This document shows positions 10,501 to 19,825 of a stretch of 56,027 nt of DNA, piece after piece; the stretch's first letter is position 1, and each line of letters begins with the position of its first letter. This DNA comes from a virus. Its lineage: Duplodnaviria > Caudoviricetes. The DNA is taken from the IMG/VR virus record IMGVR_UViG_3300037258_000287, positions 1 to 56,027 of that record. One strand, 5' to 3'. The position numbers and the translations under genes are program-made. Below the pieces are notes generated by a model that was not told the origin of the DNA, did no database searches, and was given only the letters and a program-made list of their open reading frames with translations.

Positions 10501-10972
10501 GCTGTACTTCAAATTTCTGGCCTACAACAATCTGCTGGGCGCGCCGCAGTCGCTTTCCGCTGCCACGGCTTACACGTACACGCCCGTGGGGACGGCAGCC
10601 GCGCAGAACCCCAACATTCAGAACTACACGCAGTCGCCGGCAAACGCCCTGACGAATCCGACCTCGACAACTATCGTGATGGCGGCCGTCACCGAGCAAT
10701 TTCCGTCGAGCACGGCTGCTTACCAGGGCAGAAGTTTCACGATCACCGCGCCGTCTACGCCCACGACTTACTACGTTTTCATCCTCGATCCCGGCTATAT
10801 CGGAGATGCGGCGGGAACGCCCTTCACTTCGGTCTGCAGTACGTCGCAGGCGGACGCTGGCCAGCCGGGATACATCTACATCGGTTCGATTGTGGCTGAG
10901 CCGGCCGGCGGGGGAACCATTGTTACGCCGGGGGGATGGCCACCGCCTCAGCTTTTCCTGGTGGGTCCGTAA
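7529..10972 (+). CDS. Tail tip / central fibre (host specificity) protein
   Basis: 1147 aa; STYGQTIPLIYG N-terminus, YGGCLVYLSTDGG and IGKTLYFKFLAYN motifs. Confidence 0.85.
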   Translation: MLGAKSQSSIRPIALGATVQSSTYGQTIPLIYGRCLGAIYLTWNANLRQGSSTKKLKKILTLGKKGGPSYVQNTTLLLGHNPIAAALQFWINQNQQLPLNFTSVSSTHAAGSASSITVSDSNFYRILGVTLTASYSETFNDYGSQGSRTVSGTYEIPLWNTAYNGPDPTASSGIRYFPYTYYWLPGSGATIQIPNCALGLIGGQFNIYYAQLDPGGSSQYSKNNGNTDVPIASLRLTFEPVLGDGPEYSGYTSQQILYPHYAGMGSPDLDMGASDTMPVIVPEVLGSFPVYATGDADHADMAEDIFKAGPTQAGFGSENPYSEIQHGLGCCDYPGCIQTKIANSASSFSQATYDLPNTAGNPLVVAAQMGSGSLSISSSNGETWTSVISGSGYAVWRTIANGGSGALNQITISPAGAGTLILMEPAGVDTYDTAASLSATTSFGNQTNVPFSTSGVQTRPEYSLGIVIYPQSNPALPVSPQWNSQVSIANLGISVQCRTTFVPNSFNFPVQMPAGSGPLAWDACVIAFSCSQPPAYAKPLGNILEPTTLALTWAQDRANGLYGSYFIDSQKTASDILTDLCQAMNCAPVWAGFQLQLIPMSEVSAVGNGATYIAPTAAGPIVNLREEDFIFAAGDAPVSLERTPQPMIPNLLQVQHPNRASEYNDVLVSQPETASIALLGPRKASPKQLRMIQDVAISRMILGIMIQRANYLRNVYKFKLNARWKPLLPMDLITIPLSATMPNPGGIPTTTITVPLRLTSIAEDDKYNLDCQAEPFIYGCSAPVPVSITNPTPNIPQVGASPGSVNTPVFLEPVPRLAGTSVAQLWMAVSAASTVYGGCLVYLSTDGGNSYNQVATIQGNAITGYTVGDWPAHADPDTTNNLSVDLTESNGVLSSYQTADRDNFVYPCYVAGGVTACPYELMTYNTATLTATSKYTLEATGSGNELRRAVFGAPAALNGVDHPNNSRFAFLGPQGPGLAKLTMDPLWIGKTLYFKFLAYNNLLGAPQSLSAATAYTYTPVGTAAAQNPNIQNYTQSPANALTNPTSTTIVMAAVTEQFPSSTAAYQGRSFTITAPSTPTTYYVFILDPGYIGDAAGTPFTSVCSTSQADAGQPGYIYIGSIVAEPAGGGTIVTPGGWPPPQLFLVGP

Positions 10973-12358
10973 ATGTCGCAGATCCCGAGCATCATCTACC
11001 TGAACAGCGGAACGCCTGCCCCTCCCTCGGGGTACGTGAACGTGAAGCCCCAGGCAGACTCGAACAACCCGGAAAACGTATCGTTCTACCTGCCCCTCGC
11101 GCAAGGCAGCGGCATCAATTTCTCGATTGCGGCCGGCATCCTCACCATTTCAGCCTCAGCGGCCGGCGGCGGAGTGAATGCGCAGACCGGAAACTACACC
11201 GCGGTTGCAGGCGATTCCGGCAAGCTGATCTCTTTCAACTCGGGTAGCGCTGTTGCCCTGCTGCTGCCCTCTTCCCCTCCGTCCGCCACTTGGTGGATTG
11301 CAGTGCAGGACATCGGGGCCGGGGTGTTGACCGTCAATCGCAACAGCCTGGATATCGACGGGGCAGCCTCGAATGTCACGGTGAATCAGAACCAGGGATT
11401 GCTGATCTTCACCGATGGGACGAACTACTTCACGATGCGGGGCCTCGGAAGCGGGGGAGGAAGTGGGACTGTCACCAGCGTGGCGCTCACGGTTCCTTCG
11501 TGGCTCACGGTCTCAGGGTCGCCGATCACCACCAGCGGGACGCTCGCAATTACCGGGACCAGCGAATCAGGCAATGAATTTTTGGCGAGTCCAAATGGAT
11601 CGGCCGGCGCAATGACGCCGCGGGCTATCGTGCCTGCCGATCTGCCAGTCGCGACGACGTCGGCGCTGGGAGTCGTGAAGCCGGACGGCATAACCGTTGA
11701 TGTGAGCGCGGGGCTAATCTCGGTACCCACGGCTACCAGCTCTTCGCTCGGTATCGTTCAGCCTGACAATTCCAGCATCGTAATCAGCGGGGGTGTACTG
11801 TCGCTGAGTGGTGGAGTAGGGGGAGGCGGCGCGCTGACGCGTTTGTCTCAGACGATCCTCGCGAGCCCAGCGGCCACTATCACCTTTTCTTCCATCCCAT
11901 CCGGATACACGGATTTGATCCTGGTGGTGCAATGCAAAAGCTCAACCACTTCGGGAACGTCGACGCGGCTCCAGATCCGGATGAACGGCGACAGCGCGAA
12001 CGATTATTTCCTCGTCTACATCAATTCCAACGGATCAGTCGCATCAGGCACGAATATTAGCGGTGACGAGTCGTCGATTAACCTTGGGTGGCCCAACAGC
12101 GCATCTTCCAACTTCGATAGCAGGCAGGCCGGCGCGGCCGAGTTCGTTTTCCCGTATTACGCGAACACGTCATGGTGGAAGCACGTCCTTTCTCCCTGGT
12201 TCGGTTACGCCACAATCGCCTCACCTTTTGCGTTTATCGGCGCACCTGTGGCCGCTCAATGGAAGGCTACCTCGGCCATTTCTTCCATCGTGCTGACTTT
12301 CTCTGACGCCTCGAACTTTACGGTGCCTTCTATCTTCACTCTCTACGGCCGACAATAA
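10973..12358 (+). CDS. Tail fibre / receptor-binding protein
   Basis: Gly/Ser/Thr-rich; GTVTSVAL motif; two ATTS.LG.V.PD repeats; C-terminal ITFSSIPSGYTDL domain. Confidence 0.8.
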   Translation: MSQIPSIIYLNSGTPAPPSGYVNVKPQADSNNPENVSFYLPLAQGSGINFSIAAGILTISASAAGGGVNAQTGNYTAVAGDSGKLISFNSGSAVALLLPSSPPSATWWIAVQDIGAGVLTVNRNSLDIDGAASNVTVNQNQGLLIFTDGTNYFTMRGLGSGGGSGTVTSVALTVPSWLTVSGSPITTSGTLAITGTSESGNEFLASPNGSAGAMTPRAIVPADLPVATTSALGVVKPDGITVDVSAGLISVPTATSSSLGIVQPDNSSIVISGGVLSLSGGVGGGGALTRLSQTILASPAATITFSSIPSGYTDLILVVQCKSSTTSGTSTRLQIRMNGDSANDYFLVYINSNGSVASGTNISGDESSINLGWPNSASSNFDSRQAGAAEFVFPYYANTSWWKHVLSPWFGYATIASPFAFIGAPVAAQWKATSAISSIVLTFSDASNFTVPSIFTLYGRQ

Positions 12359-12363
12359 TCCCC

Positions 12364-14172
12364 ATGTCCCAGCGCACCTTTCCGACCTCGATTAAAGGCC
12401 TGACTTACACCGTAGTAAAAAGGCCTGCCTACGCAACGATTCTGCAATCGGCTGGATCCGGACAAGAGGTGCGGATCCCCCAGCGGGCGAACCCGATCTG
12501 GGAGTGGACGTTCATTTGGGACTACATCTACAACAACTGGCCGGGGCCTAACAACACCATGGCCTACGCGCCGTGGACGGACCTGCAGACCTTCATCGGC
12601 TTTTTCATGGCGCGGCTCGGGCAGGCGTCCAGCTATCTGTACACCGACCCTGACGATAATGCCGTGGGGCCGGGACTGCTCTCTACCTCATGGCAAAGGC
12701 TGACTCCATACGCCATCAACACGCTGGGCAACATCCTCGATAGCAATAACCACTGGCAGCAAGTCGTAGTGCCGGGGACATCGGGCAGCTCGGTACCAGG
12801 AAGTTGGAACTCATCCGGAGGCACCACCACGGATGGCGGTGTGACGTGGCTCGATATGGGGCACTACGCTTTTGGATTTCCGAATCCACAAGCGCTGCTG
12901 CAGGTCGTTGATGACGGAGTGGGCAATTACTACGCGTTGCTCCAAAGAAATATGGGCGGGCAATCGGGCTGGGAAGACATCACGGACCTGAACCCCGGAC
13001 CCTCTGGCCTCTCTCTCTACGCGGCCGGCGCCCTGCTCTCTCCCGGCGAATCTCCCGGCAATTACGTGGTCGGGGGGCCGGGCCTTGCCCTCCCTGGCGT
13101 CGCATCGTCAGGACTGTGGGCGCTGATCATCAACGCGCTGTGGCCTGCGAACTATCAGCCGCTCAGCTCAATCATTGTCGATACCAATGGCAATTTGCAG
13201 CAGGCGGGCGGAGGATTCGGCTACACCGGTTCAACCGTCCCGGTGTGGAACCAGACCGTAGGAGGGACCACTGCCGATAACGGCGTGACCTGGACGAACC
13301 TCGGGTACAATCCGGGGCCGGGCGTGATGAGCGCGGCGTTCTCTTATTACTTCCGGGTCCGGACCAGCGAAGATTCGCAGGACTACGAAAAGTTCATGGC
13401 GCAACTGTGGACCGTGGGCGGAAGCGGTTCGAAGAACGGCTCGGGCATGTTCAAAGTGATCAGCGCTTTTCCTTCGCAGCAGCCGGCCGCGCGCTTCTTT
13501 GGCTACCCCTCTCTCACTGGAATCACCACCGGAGGCTCCGTTGCATGGCCTCAGACTTCCATCCTGGTCATCCTGGGAGACCTCGCCATCGGGATGTGGA
13601 TCAAGATTCCCACTGGTGCAGTCGCCTACCCGACGACAGGTGCAACCTTCCTGATTGGGGCATGGCAAAACATCACCGGCGGAGAAAATATCGCGTACTC
13701 GCTCACCATCGCAGGCGCGGCAGGAGCCTGGAATATCTACTACGAGCACTTGAGTGGCACGGACTCTTTCACTTTTCCATGCTCAATTCCAAATGACACC
13801 TGGGTATATGTGGGGATCACCCGCGCCAGTGTTCCCAAGACGGTCACCTGTTATGTGGGAGACGGGGCAACGCTGCGGAGTTGCGGCAGCTTCACCTACA
13901 CGGATGCGCCGACAGCGGGAACCGGCGCGTATGCCTGCAATGTGGCGCTCAACTACCTGGGGAGTCCGCGCGGGCCGGTCACCATCCAGGAGCACTATGT
14001 CGCATCACGGCAATGGTCAGCATCCGATCACATTTCAGCGATGAAGGGTAGCCCGCCAAGTTATGAGCTGCAGCTCGCCTGCTCGATGGGCAACACACCG
14101 GAAATCGACTACTCGCCCAATGCCTTTTCGGGGGCGGTAGTCGGGACGCTACTCGTGGGCGGGCACGACTGA
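12364..14172 (+). CDS. Evolved distal tail protein (DUF2460-like) with inserted modules and C-terminal LamG-like domain
   Basis: SGQEVRI, FFMARLGQ, YLYTDPDDN and YYFRVR motifs; two GGTT.D.GVTW modules; terminal beta-sandwich. Confidence 0.7.
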   Translation: MSQRTFPTSIKGLTYTVVKRPAYATILQSAGSGQEVRIPQRANPIWEWTFIWDYIYNNWPGPNNTMAYAPWTDLQTFIGFFMARLGQASSYLYTDPDDNAVGPGLLSTSWQRLTPYAINTLGNILDSNNHWQQVVVPGTSGSSVPGSWNSSGGTTTDGGVTWLDMGHYAFGFPNPQALLQVVDDGVGNYYALLQRNMGGQSGWEDITDLNPGPSGLSLYAAGALLSPGESPGNYVVGGPGLALPGVASSGLWALIINALWPANYQPLSSIIVDTNGNLQQAGGGFGYTGSTVPVWNQTVGGTTADNGVTWTNLGYNPGPGVMSAAFSYYFRVRTSEDSQDYEKFMAQLWTVGGSGSKNGSGMFKVISAFPSQQPAARFFGYPSLTGITTGGSVAWPQTSILVILGDLAIGMWIKIPTGAVAYPTTGATFLIGAWQNITGGENIAYSLTIAGAAGAWNIYYEHLSGTDSFTFPCSIPNDTWVYVGITRASVPKTVTCYVGDGATLRSCGSFTYTDAPTAGTGAYACNVALNYLGSPRGPVTIQEHYVASRQWSASDHISAMKGSPPSYELQLACSMGNTPEIDYSPNAFSGAVVGTLLVGGHD

Positions 14173-14253
14173 CAGACTTCTGCAAAAACGCGCTGACTGC
14201 CTCGGGCCGGCGCAAATATCAACCCCTACACCCAAACTCACAAAGGAATATTC

Positions 14254-14616
14254 ATGAGCATCAAAACAGCATTCACCACCGCCTGGAAAGACTTGAAGAG
14301 CGTGCTTTCGAAGGCCGACGCATGGCTCACCAAGGAAGAGCCCGCGATTCAGAAAGCCGTGACAACCGGCTCCGCAATCATTGAGGCGGCCGTACCGGCA
14401 TCGACCAGCATTGTCACGAGCTTCGACAACATCGAAGAGTCCCTGATGGGTGAAATCGCCGCGGCTGTCCATGCAACGAGCGGTGCGGCAAACGCCTCTT
14501 CCGCTCCGGTAGCCGTAACCTTCAGCGCGGAGGCCTCAGCCGCAATCAAGTCGATTGTCGCCACGCTTTCGACTCATCCGGCGGTTGTAGCAGCCACGTC
14601 CACCACAGCGAGCTAA
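14254..14616 (+). CDS. Hypothetical Ala-rich protein (lysis region)
   Basis: AAGGA RBS; 120-aa ORF. Confidence 0.65.
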   Translation: MSIKTAFTTAWKDLKSVLSKADAWLTKEEPAIQKAVTTGSAIIEAAVPASTSIVTSFDNIEESLMGEIAAAVHATSGAANASSAPVAVTFSAEASAAIKSIVATLSTHPAVVAATSTTAS

Positions 14617-14618
14617 CG

Positions 14619-14831
14619 ATGACGTCGGGCTGCGTTCTCGATCGGATTTTGGTGTTTGCGGCGCTCGCAATGGTGCTGCTTTTCATGGTTGGCCTCGTGG
14701 CGTTCAAGGGGTGCACAGCCAGCGATCCGATTATTATGCAGCTCGGCACCATTGCAACCGGGCTATCGGGGGCGCTTTGCGGACTCGCTCGCAATGCCCC
14801 TGAAGGCTCACAAGGGCAGAAACAACCATGA
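14619..14831 (+). CDS. Putative holin (2 TM)
   Basis: 70 aa, two hydrophobic segments, upstream of endolysin. Confidence 0.55.
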   Translation: MTSGCVLDRILVFAALAMVLLFMVGLVAFKGCTASDPIIMQLGTIATGLSGALCGLARNAPEGSQGQKQP

Positions 14832-15553
14832 TTTTTCGACTGTTCCTTTATTTGGCGATGCTCTCTGTGGCCGCTTTTTTCGGCGCTGGGGCGTGGCTCT
14901 GCTACGAAACCTGGACCACAGAGCATGAGATTGCAGACTCGGTGCAAGCTGTGGCCGATGCCGCGGCCGCGCTGCCGGGAGTGGCCGACACGCACCTTGC
15001 CGCCCTCGAGGAAAAGGTGGATGCCGTGACCGCCATCGCGCGCACCCTGGCCGGGAATGCAGACAAGAGAACCGGGCAAGCGCTCGACATCGTGGCTACC
15101 GCGGAATCGGACAGCCGCAACCTACTGGACCTCAAGCTGACAGACTTCAACTCGCAGCTCACCTCGGCGAATAAGACGCTTGGCGCCGCCGCGGATGGAA
15201 TCAACTTCCTGACGAGCAAGTATGCCGAGCTGCCGGACCAGGTCTCAGGCAGTCGGGAATTTAAGTCGTACGTGGCGAATGGGCTAGGGCTGCTTGCCGC
15301 GGCGAAGCTGACCGCCGGGCAGACCGAAAAGACCATGGCCGCTATCGACCTGGCAACGCCCCACATCCTCGCCAACGTCGACGCGTTCACTGCCTCCGGA
15401 GTTCAGGCCTCCCAGAAAACGACGCTTGTCATGAGCAATTTCGCGGTGGCAACCAAGCCCCTGCCTACTTGGATGAGGATCGGCCTAGCTGTGGCGCCCC
15501 CGGCAGCTCAAGCTCTGGCAGGCGCCGCCACAGCATGGACCCTCATTCACTAA
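14828..15553 (+). CDS. Membrane-anchored coiled-coil protein (spanin-like?)
   Basis: N-terminal TM, long helical body, hydrophobic C-terminus, in lysis cassette. Confidence 0.45.
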   Translation: MIFRLFLYLAMLSVAAFFGAGAWLCYETWTTEHEIADSVQAVADAAAALPGVADTHLAALEEKVDAVTAIARTLAGNADKRTGQALDIVATAESDSRNLLDLKLTDFNSQLTSANKTLGAAADGINFLTSKYAELPDQVSGSREFKSYVANGLGLLAAAKLTAGQTEKTMAAIDLATPHILANVDAFTASGVQASQKTTLVMSNFAVATKPLPTWMRIGLAVAPPAAQALAGAATAWTLIH

Positions 15554-15559
15554 CTTTCC

Positions 15560-15994
15560 ATGATCTACAACATCTCGCCCGCCGGCCTCGCCCTCATCAA
15601 GCAGTTCGAGGGGCTGCGGCTCACCTCATACCAGGACTCGGTTGGAGTCTGGACTATCGGCTATGGATCGACGCTCGGAGTCCATGCCGGGATGACGATC
15701 ACGCAGGAACAGGCGGACGCCCGGCTATCGATCGATGTCCAGACCGCCGTGCAATGCGTCAACCGCAAGGTAGGCCCGGCGCTAACTCAAAACCAGTTTG
15801 ATGCGTTGGTTTCGTTCGTCTTCAACCTCGGCTGCGGCGCCTTCTCGGGTTCGACACTTCTGCGTCTACTCAACGCTGGTGATGCTGGGGCGGCTGCGCA
15901 TCAATTCCCTGCCTGGTGCCATGCCGGCAAGGAAGTTCTGGCGGGCCTCGTAATGCGCCGCGCCGCTGAACAAAAGCTCTTTCTCGCAGTTTAA
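15560..15994 (+). CDS. Endolysin, GH24 lysozyme
   Basis: FEG...YQDSVGVWTIGYG (E-D-T triad), QNQFDALVSFVFNLG, GLVMRRAAE. Confidence 0.95.
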   Translation: MIYNISPAGLALIKQFEGLRLTSYQDSVGVWTIGYGSTLGVHAGMTITQEQADARLSIDVQTAVQCVNRKVGPALTQNQFDALVSFVFNLGCGAFSGSTLLRLLNAGDAGAAAHQFPAWCHAGKEVLAGLVMRRAAEQKLFLAV

Positions 15995-16024
15995 CCCTCT
16001 CGATTTTTCCAAAGGAGACATTCC

Positions 16025-16492
16025 ATGCAGTACACTCGCGCCCGTTTCTGCGGGCTCAGCGCCCTTGTGCTTTTGCTTGCTACCTGCGCGCTGCTTTTCG
16101 CCCAAGCGATCACGCCGCGGCCATTTCGCCCCTCGGGAGTCAATGGCACGTGGGCCGTGATGGATTACGCGCTCACCACATCGGCGGTCAATCTCGCAAA
16201 CCTCACGGCATCTTCAACCATCGCCCCGCCTCCGCCGAATACGACTGTCTTCCTCTGCGGCGGAGATATCAACGCATCCGCCGGCACATCGGCAACGGTC
16301 ACCATCCAGGACGGCACAGGCGGGTATTTCTGGAACGGCATCGTTCCGTTGTCGACCACGCAGGCTTCGAGCACCAATATTCCGCTGGGAACCGGCGGCT
16401 CACCGGTAGCTTGCCGACCCTTCCCCGCCGGCATCGTAGTCAGCGCCAGCTCGGGCAGCACTTTCACTTTCTCGGGATGGGGGGTGTACTAA
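16025..16492 (+). CDS. Signal-peptide-bearing beta-sandwich protein
   Basis: AAGGAG RBS; Sec-like leader ending LLFAQ; beta-rich body. Confidence 0.65.
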   Translation: MQYTRARFCGLSALVLLLATCALLFAQAITPRPFRPSGVNGTWAVMDYALTTSAVNLANLTASSTIAPPPPNTTVFLCGGDINASAGTSATVTIQDGTGGYFWNGIVPLSTTQASSTNIPLGTGGSPVACRPFPAGIVVSASSGSTFTFSGWGVY

Positions 16493-16493
16493 C

Positions 16494-17894
16494 GTGCGAA
16501 CTCTCTTTCTCGGCTCTCTTTTGTGGCTCGCCAGCACTTTTGGCTGCGGGCATGTAGCGTTTGCTCAGTGCACGGGATGCGGCGGTGGGGGTGGCGGCGG
16601 CATGGTTTACCCTGGCGCCGGGGTGGCCAATTCCTCCGGGAGCGCGTGGAATACCTCGTACGCGGTTGGCACTGGAGCCAACAACCTCCCGCAGTTGAAT
16701 GGCAGCGGACTGCTGCTGCCGACCATCCTGCCGCTGCCTGGCGTCTCGACTCTTGGAGCCGTGTTTCAGCAGAACTGCGACACCGACAGCCCGCATGAGT
16801 TTCTCGTATCCATCAACGCCGATGGAAGCTCAAGCTGCGAAAACCCCACGCAGTTCAACGGCGTTGCAGTGCCTGCCAGCATCTTGATGGGGACTAATCC
16901 CAGCTCCCAGCCCATTGCCGCAACCGCTCATCTGGTGTCCGTCCCTCTCGCCTGCGTTGCAGCGTCGGCATCAGGATCGTCCTATACCTGCTCGACCTCG
17001 CCCACCTTTGTGCCTGCATCGGGTGACACGATCTGGTTCAAGGCAGATGTGGCGAGCACTGGCGCGGCGACCTTGAATGTGAATAGCAGCTCGGCCATTT
17101 CGATCAAAAAGCAAGGCGGAGGAACGGCGCTCGTAGCCAACGATCTGCTCGCCCACACCATTACGCAACTGACCTATGACGGGACGAATTGGCAGATGCA
17201 GGGGCAGACGGGAAATGCGTCCGGGGCGACACCCAACTTCTACCCCGGCGCTTACTCTGGGGCATCGGCGACCGCTGGCTACGGACCTGTCTATGCGATC
17301 ACGACGCCTCCGTCAACCGGATGGAGTTGGTTCAATCAGAACTCCGCGACCATCGACGCGACCGGTGGGTACCTCTACCTTGATTCGGCGACGGCCCTCT
17401 CGGGCAGTAATCTCGTGGGCAGGGTGATGACGGCGCCATCGACACCCTACAGCGTCGTGGCGCTGCTGATGCCAGATGTATTTATCAACACGTCGGCCAA
17501 TGGCACATACGCCGGGTACGGGATTTGCTTCTCTGATGGCACCAAGTTCGTTACTTTTAGAGCTAATAATGAAGAATTCACAGGGGGTGTGATTAACGGG
17601 GACACGACGGATTTCGATAAGTGGACCAATGCTACAACCTTCAGCGCGGACTACACGCTACAGACTTACCTACCATCATCATGGACGGCCCGGGGCCTTG
17701 CTATATGGATGAAGCTGACCGATGACGGTACAAACCTTTCCGCCTACCGATCGATCGATGGACAGCACTGGATTCAGTATGGGTCTAACCAGTCGCGCAC
17801 AGGGTTCATGACGGGCGGCCCAACCGAGATAGGATTTTTTGTTTATTCCCAAAGCCAGCGCGCCGCGGTGTCGCTGCTGTCGTGGACCTATTAG
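16494..17894 (+). CDS. Signal-peptide-bearing fibre-like protein with C-terminal ConA/lectin-like domain
   Basis: Leader ending AFAQ; FKADVASTGAATLNVN...YDGTNWQ fibre-type segment; lower-GC C-terminal domain. Confidence 0.65.
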   Translation: MRTLFLGSLLWLASTFGCGHVAFAQCTGCGGGGGGGMVYPGAGVANSSGSAWNTSYAVGTGANNLPQLNGSGLLLPTILPLPGVSTLGAVFQQNCDTDSPHEFLVSINADGSSSCENPTQFNGVAVPASILMGTNPSSQPIAATAHLVSVPLACVAASASGSSYTCSTSPTFVPASGDTIWFKADVASTGAATLNVNSSSAISIKKQGGGTALVANDLLAHTITQLTYDGTNWQMQGQTGNASGATPNFYPGAYSGASATAGYGPVYAITTPPSTGWSWFNQNSATIDATGGYLYLDSATALSGSNLVGRVMTAPSTPYSVVALLMPDVFINTSANGTYAGYGICFSDGTKFVTFRANNEEFTGGVINGDTTDFDKWTNATTFSADYTLQTYLPSSWTARGLAIWMKLTDDGTNLSAYRSIDGQHWIQYGSNQSRTGFMTGGPTEIGFFVYSQSQRAAVSLLSWTY

Positions 17895-19373
17895 ATTACG
17901 ACACCCGATAACGAGGGATACTCGGGACCGGGGCCGATTTCGATCGGTACAGCGGCGGGCGACAACTCGCGCAATTCCGTCAATAACTCCGAATCAGCGA
18001 TCACACCGGCGAACGTTTCAACCCTGAAGAAACTCGGCTCGTACCTCATGGATGGCCCGATAATGGGCCAACCGTTGTATGTTCCCGGAGTGACAGTTGG
18101 AAGCTTGGCTTACAACCTGATCCTGGTCGGCACCCTGAACAATACGATTTACGCGTTCAACGCTGATAATCCTTCCCAGTTGCCAACCTGGCAACTTAAT
18201 TTCGGAGCAACATGGGCCAGTCCGTTTTCGGTGAACTGCTGCTACTCGAACAACATCGGAATCTTGTCGACGATGGCGACTGACGGCACCTATCTGTACC
18301 TGGTGACGGTGAACGACACCCCCACCTACACCTTGCGCAAAGTCTCCCTGGCGACGGGGTTGCAAGTAGCATCAGCCACCATCAGCGGCAGCGTCACCGG
18401 TACGGGGGCTGGCACAGTCGGCGGCGAAACGGACACGACATCTGGATCCAGCCTGTTATTCAACGCGGCGTTCCAAACGCAGCGCGCGGCTTTAACCCTC
18501 GCAAACGGGAATGTCTACCTGGGCTTCGGCGCGGGGGACGAGTCCAAGGTTTGGCATGGGTGGATCATGTCGTACGACACGGCAAGCTTGACGCAACAGG
18601 CTATCTGGTGCTCGACACCGAACGGCAACGGGGGGGGCGCATGGAACGTCCAGGGGTTCGCGGTCGATGGCTCAGGCAACATCTACGCTTCTACCGGAAA
18701 CGGATCATGGGACGGGTCGACCAGCTTCTCGCAGTCGGTCCTAAAATTCAATTCCTCGCTGGTGATGGAGGATTGGTTTACTCCCTCAAACGAGTCAACG
18801 AGCAGCGCGGCGGACGCCGACCTTTCATCCGGTTCCGTGATGCTGATTCCCAGCACCTCGCTCCTCACGCTCGGCTCGAAGGACGGCCGCGTGTGGGTGA
18901 TCGACACCGGCAACATGGGACATCTACAAGGGAGCGGCGCAGCTCCCCAAGTGTTCAACTCGGCAACGGTGACGGAGGGCAGCGGGACGGGCGTCTTTGG
19001 CGGGGCTTTCTTCCAGTCGAACGGATATTTCCCTATCGCGTCGCAGTCTATGAACGGGTTCGCCTTCAGCGGGTCGACCTACACGACGGCGGCTTTCGCT
19101 TCGACGTCTCCCAGCTTCGCTCAGGTAGCCTTGACCGGAACGTCCAACGGCGGATCGAACCCGATACTCTGGGCTGTAACCATCGATTCCTCTGGTTTTT
19201 CGACGGAGAGGCAAGCGACGCTCCGGGCGCTGAACCCAGCAACGCTCGCACAGTACTGGGCCACGGATGGAAGCTACGGAGCCTACAGCAAATTCGCACC
19301 TCCCACCGTCGCGAATGGGCGCGTTTACGTCCCAACGTTTGGAGGGAGTCTGCTGGCGTTCGGGCTGCCGTAG
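17895..19373 (+). CDS. PQQ-like beta-propeller protein; start unresolved (first ATG 18048)
   Basis: DGPIMGQPLYVPGV, QRAALTLANGNVY, HGWIMSYD, DADLSSG and SKFAPPTVANGRVYV motifs; frame open back to the TAG at 17892. Confidence 0.75.
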   Translation: MTTPDNEGYSGPGPISIGTAAGDNSRNSVNNSESAITPANVSTLKKLGSYLMDGPIMGQPLYVPGVTVGSLAYNLILVGTLNNTIYAFNADNPSQLPTWQLNFGATWASPFSVNCCYSNNIGILSTMATDGTYLYLVTVNDTPTYTLRKVSLATGLQVASATISGSVTGTGAGTVGGETDTTSGSSLLFNAAFQTQRAALTLANGNVYLGFGAGDESKVWHGWIMSYDTASLTQQAIWCSTPNGNGGGAWNVQGFAVDGSGNIYASTGNGSWDGSTSFSQSVLKFNSSLVMEDWFTPSNESTSSAADADLSSGSVMLIPSTSLLTLGSKDGRVWVIDTGNMGHLQGSGAAPQVFNSATVTEGSGTGVFGGAFFQSNGYFPIASQSMNGFAFSGSTYTTAAFASTSPSFAQVALTGTSNGGSNPILWAVTIDSSGFSTERQATLRALNPATLAQYWATDGSYGAYSKFAPPTVANGRVYVPTFGGSLLAFGLP

Positions 19374-19471
19374 TTTTGGCCCTTGCGCTTCTCTGTTCGG
19401 TGCGCTATCGTGTTCTTTCCATCGCGTTCAGTTAGGCGCGATGGATGATCTGCCCTGTAGGGTAGATTCTC

Positions 19472-19645
19472 ATGGAAGCCCCGCACCCCACTCCCACAGT
19501 GCCGATGCTGTTGCTTCAGCAGATCACGGAGTTGATGCGCAGCTCTGGGGCAAATCAGACCGAGGCGAAATGCGCACTCAAAGCCGCTATCGCTATGGTT
19601 CCCGAGATGGGGCTGAAAGAGAAGCCCTTTGCCGTCCTCGGCTAG
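19472..19645 (+). CDS. Small hypothetical protein (57 aa)
   Basis: MEAPHPTPTVPMLLLQQITELMRSSG...; directly preceded by a 20-bp palindrome. Confidence 0.4.
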   Translation: MEAPHPTPTVPMLLLQQITELMRSSGANQTEAKCALKAAIAMVPEMGLKEKPFAVLG

Positions 19646-19753
19646 ACACGGCTCCCTGCTTCTTTCCTGAGTCTGCGGATAGCAGGGCTGCCGTGAGTCC
19701 GAGCCCCAATTCGTGGCTTTTGCACCACAGATTGCAGGCCAAAAAATAACCCA

Positions 19754-19766
19754 TAAGTTATTGATT
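19754..19766 (-). promoter_or_regulatory. IHF-consensus site
   Basis: AATCAATAACTTA matches WATCAANNNNTTR in an AT-rich intergenic patch. Confidence 0.45.
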
Positions 19767-19825
19767 CTTCGTTCAGGCCTTTTTGGGCCTTCCGCCTAAC
19801 TTCCCAACCTCCGCTGCGCAATGTG

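Noticed and set aside
10973-19373. Diversity-generating retroelement or invertible fibre cassette
   Set aside because: No reverse transcriptase, no TR/VR pair and no inverted partner fibre genes seen
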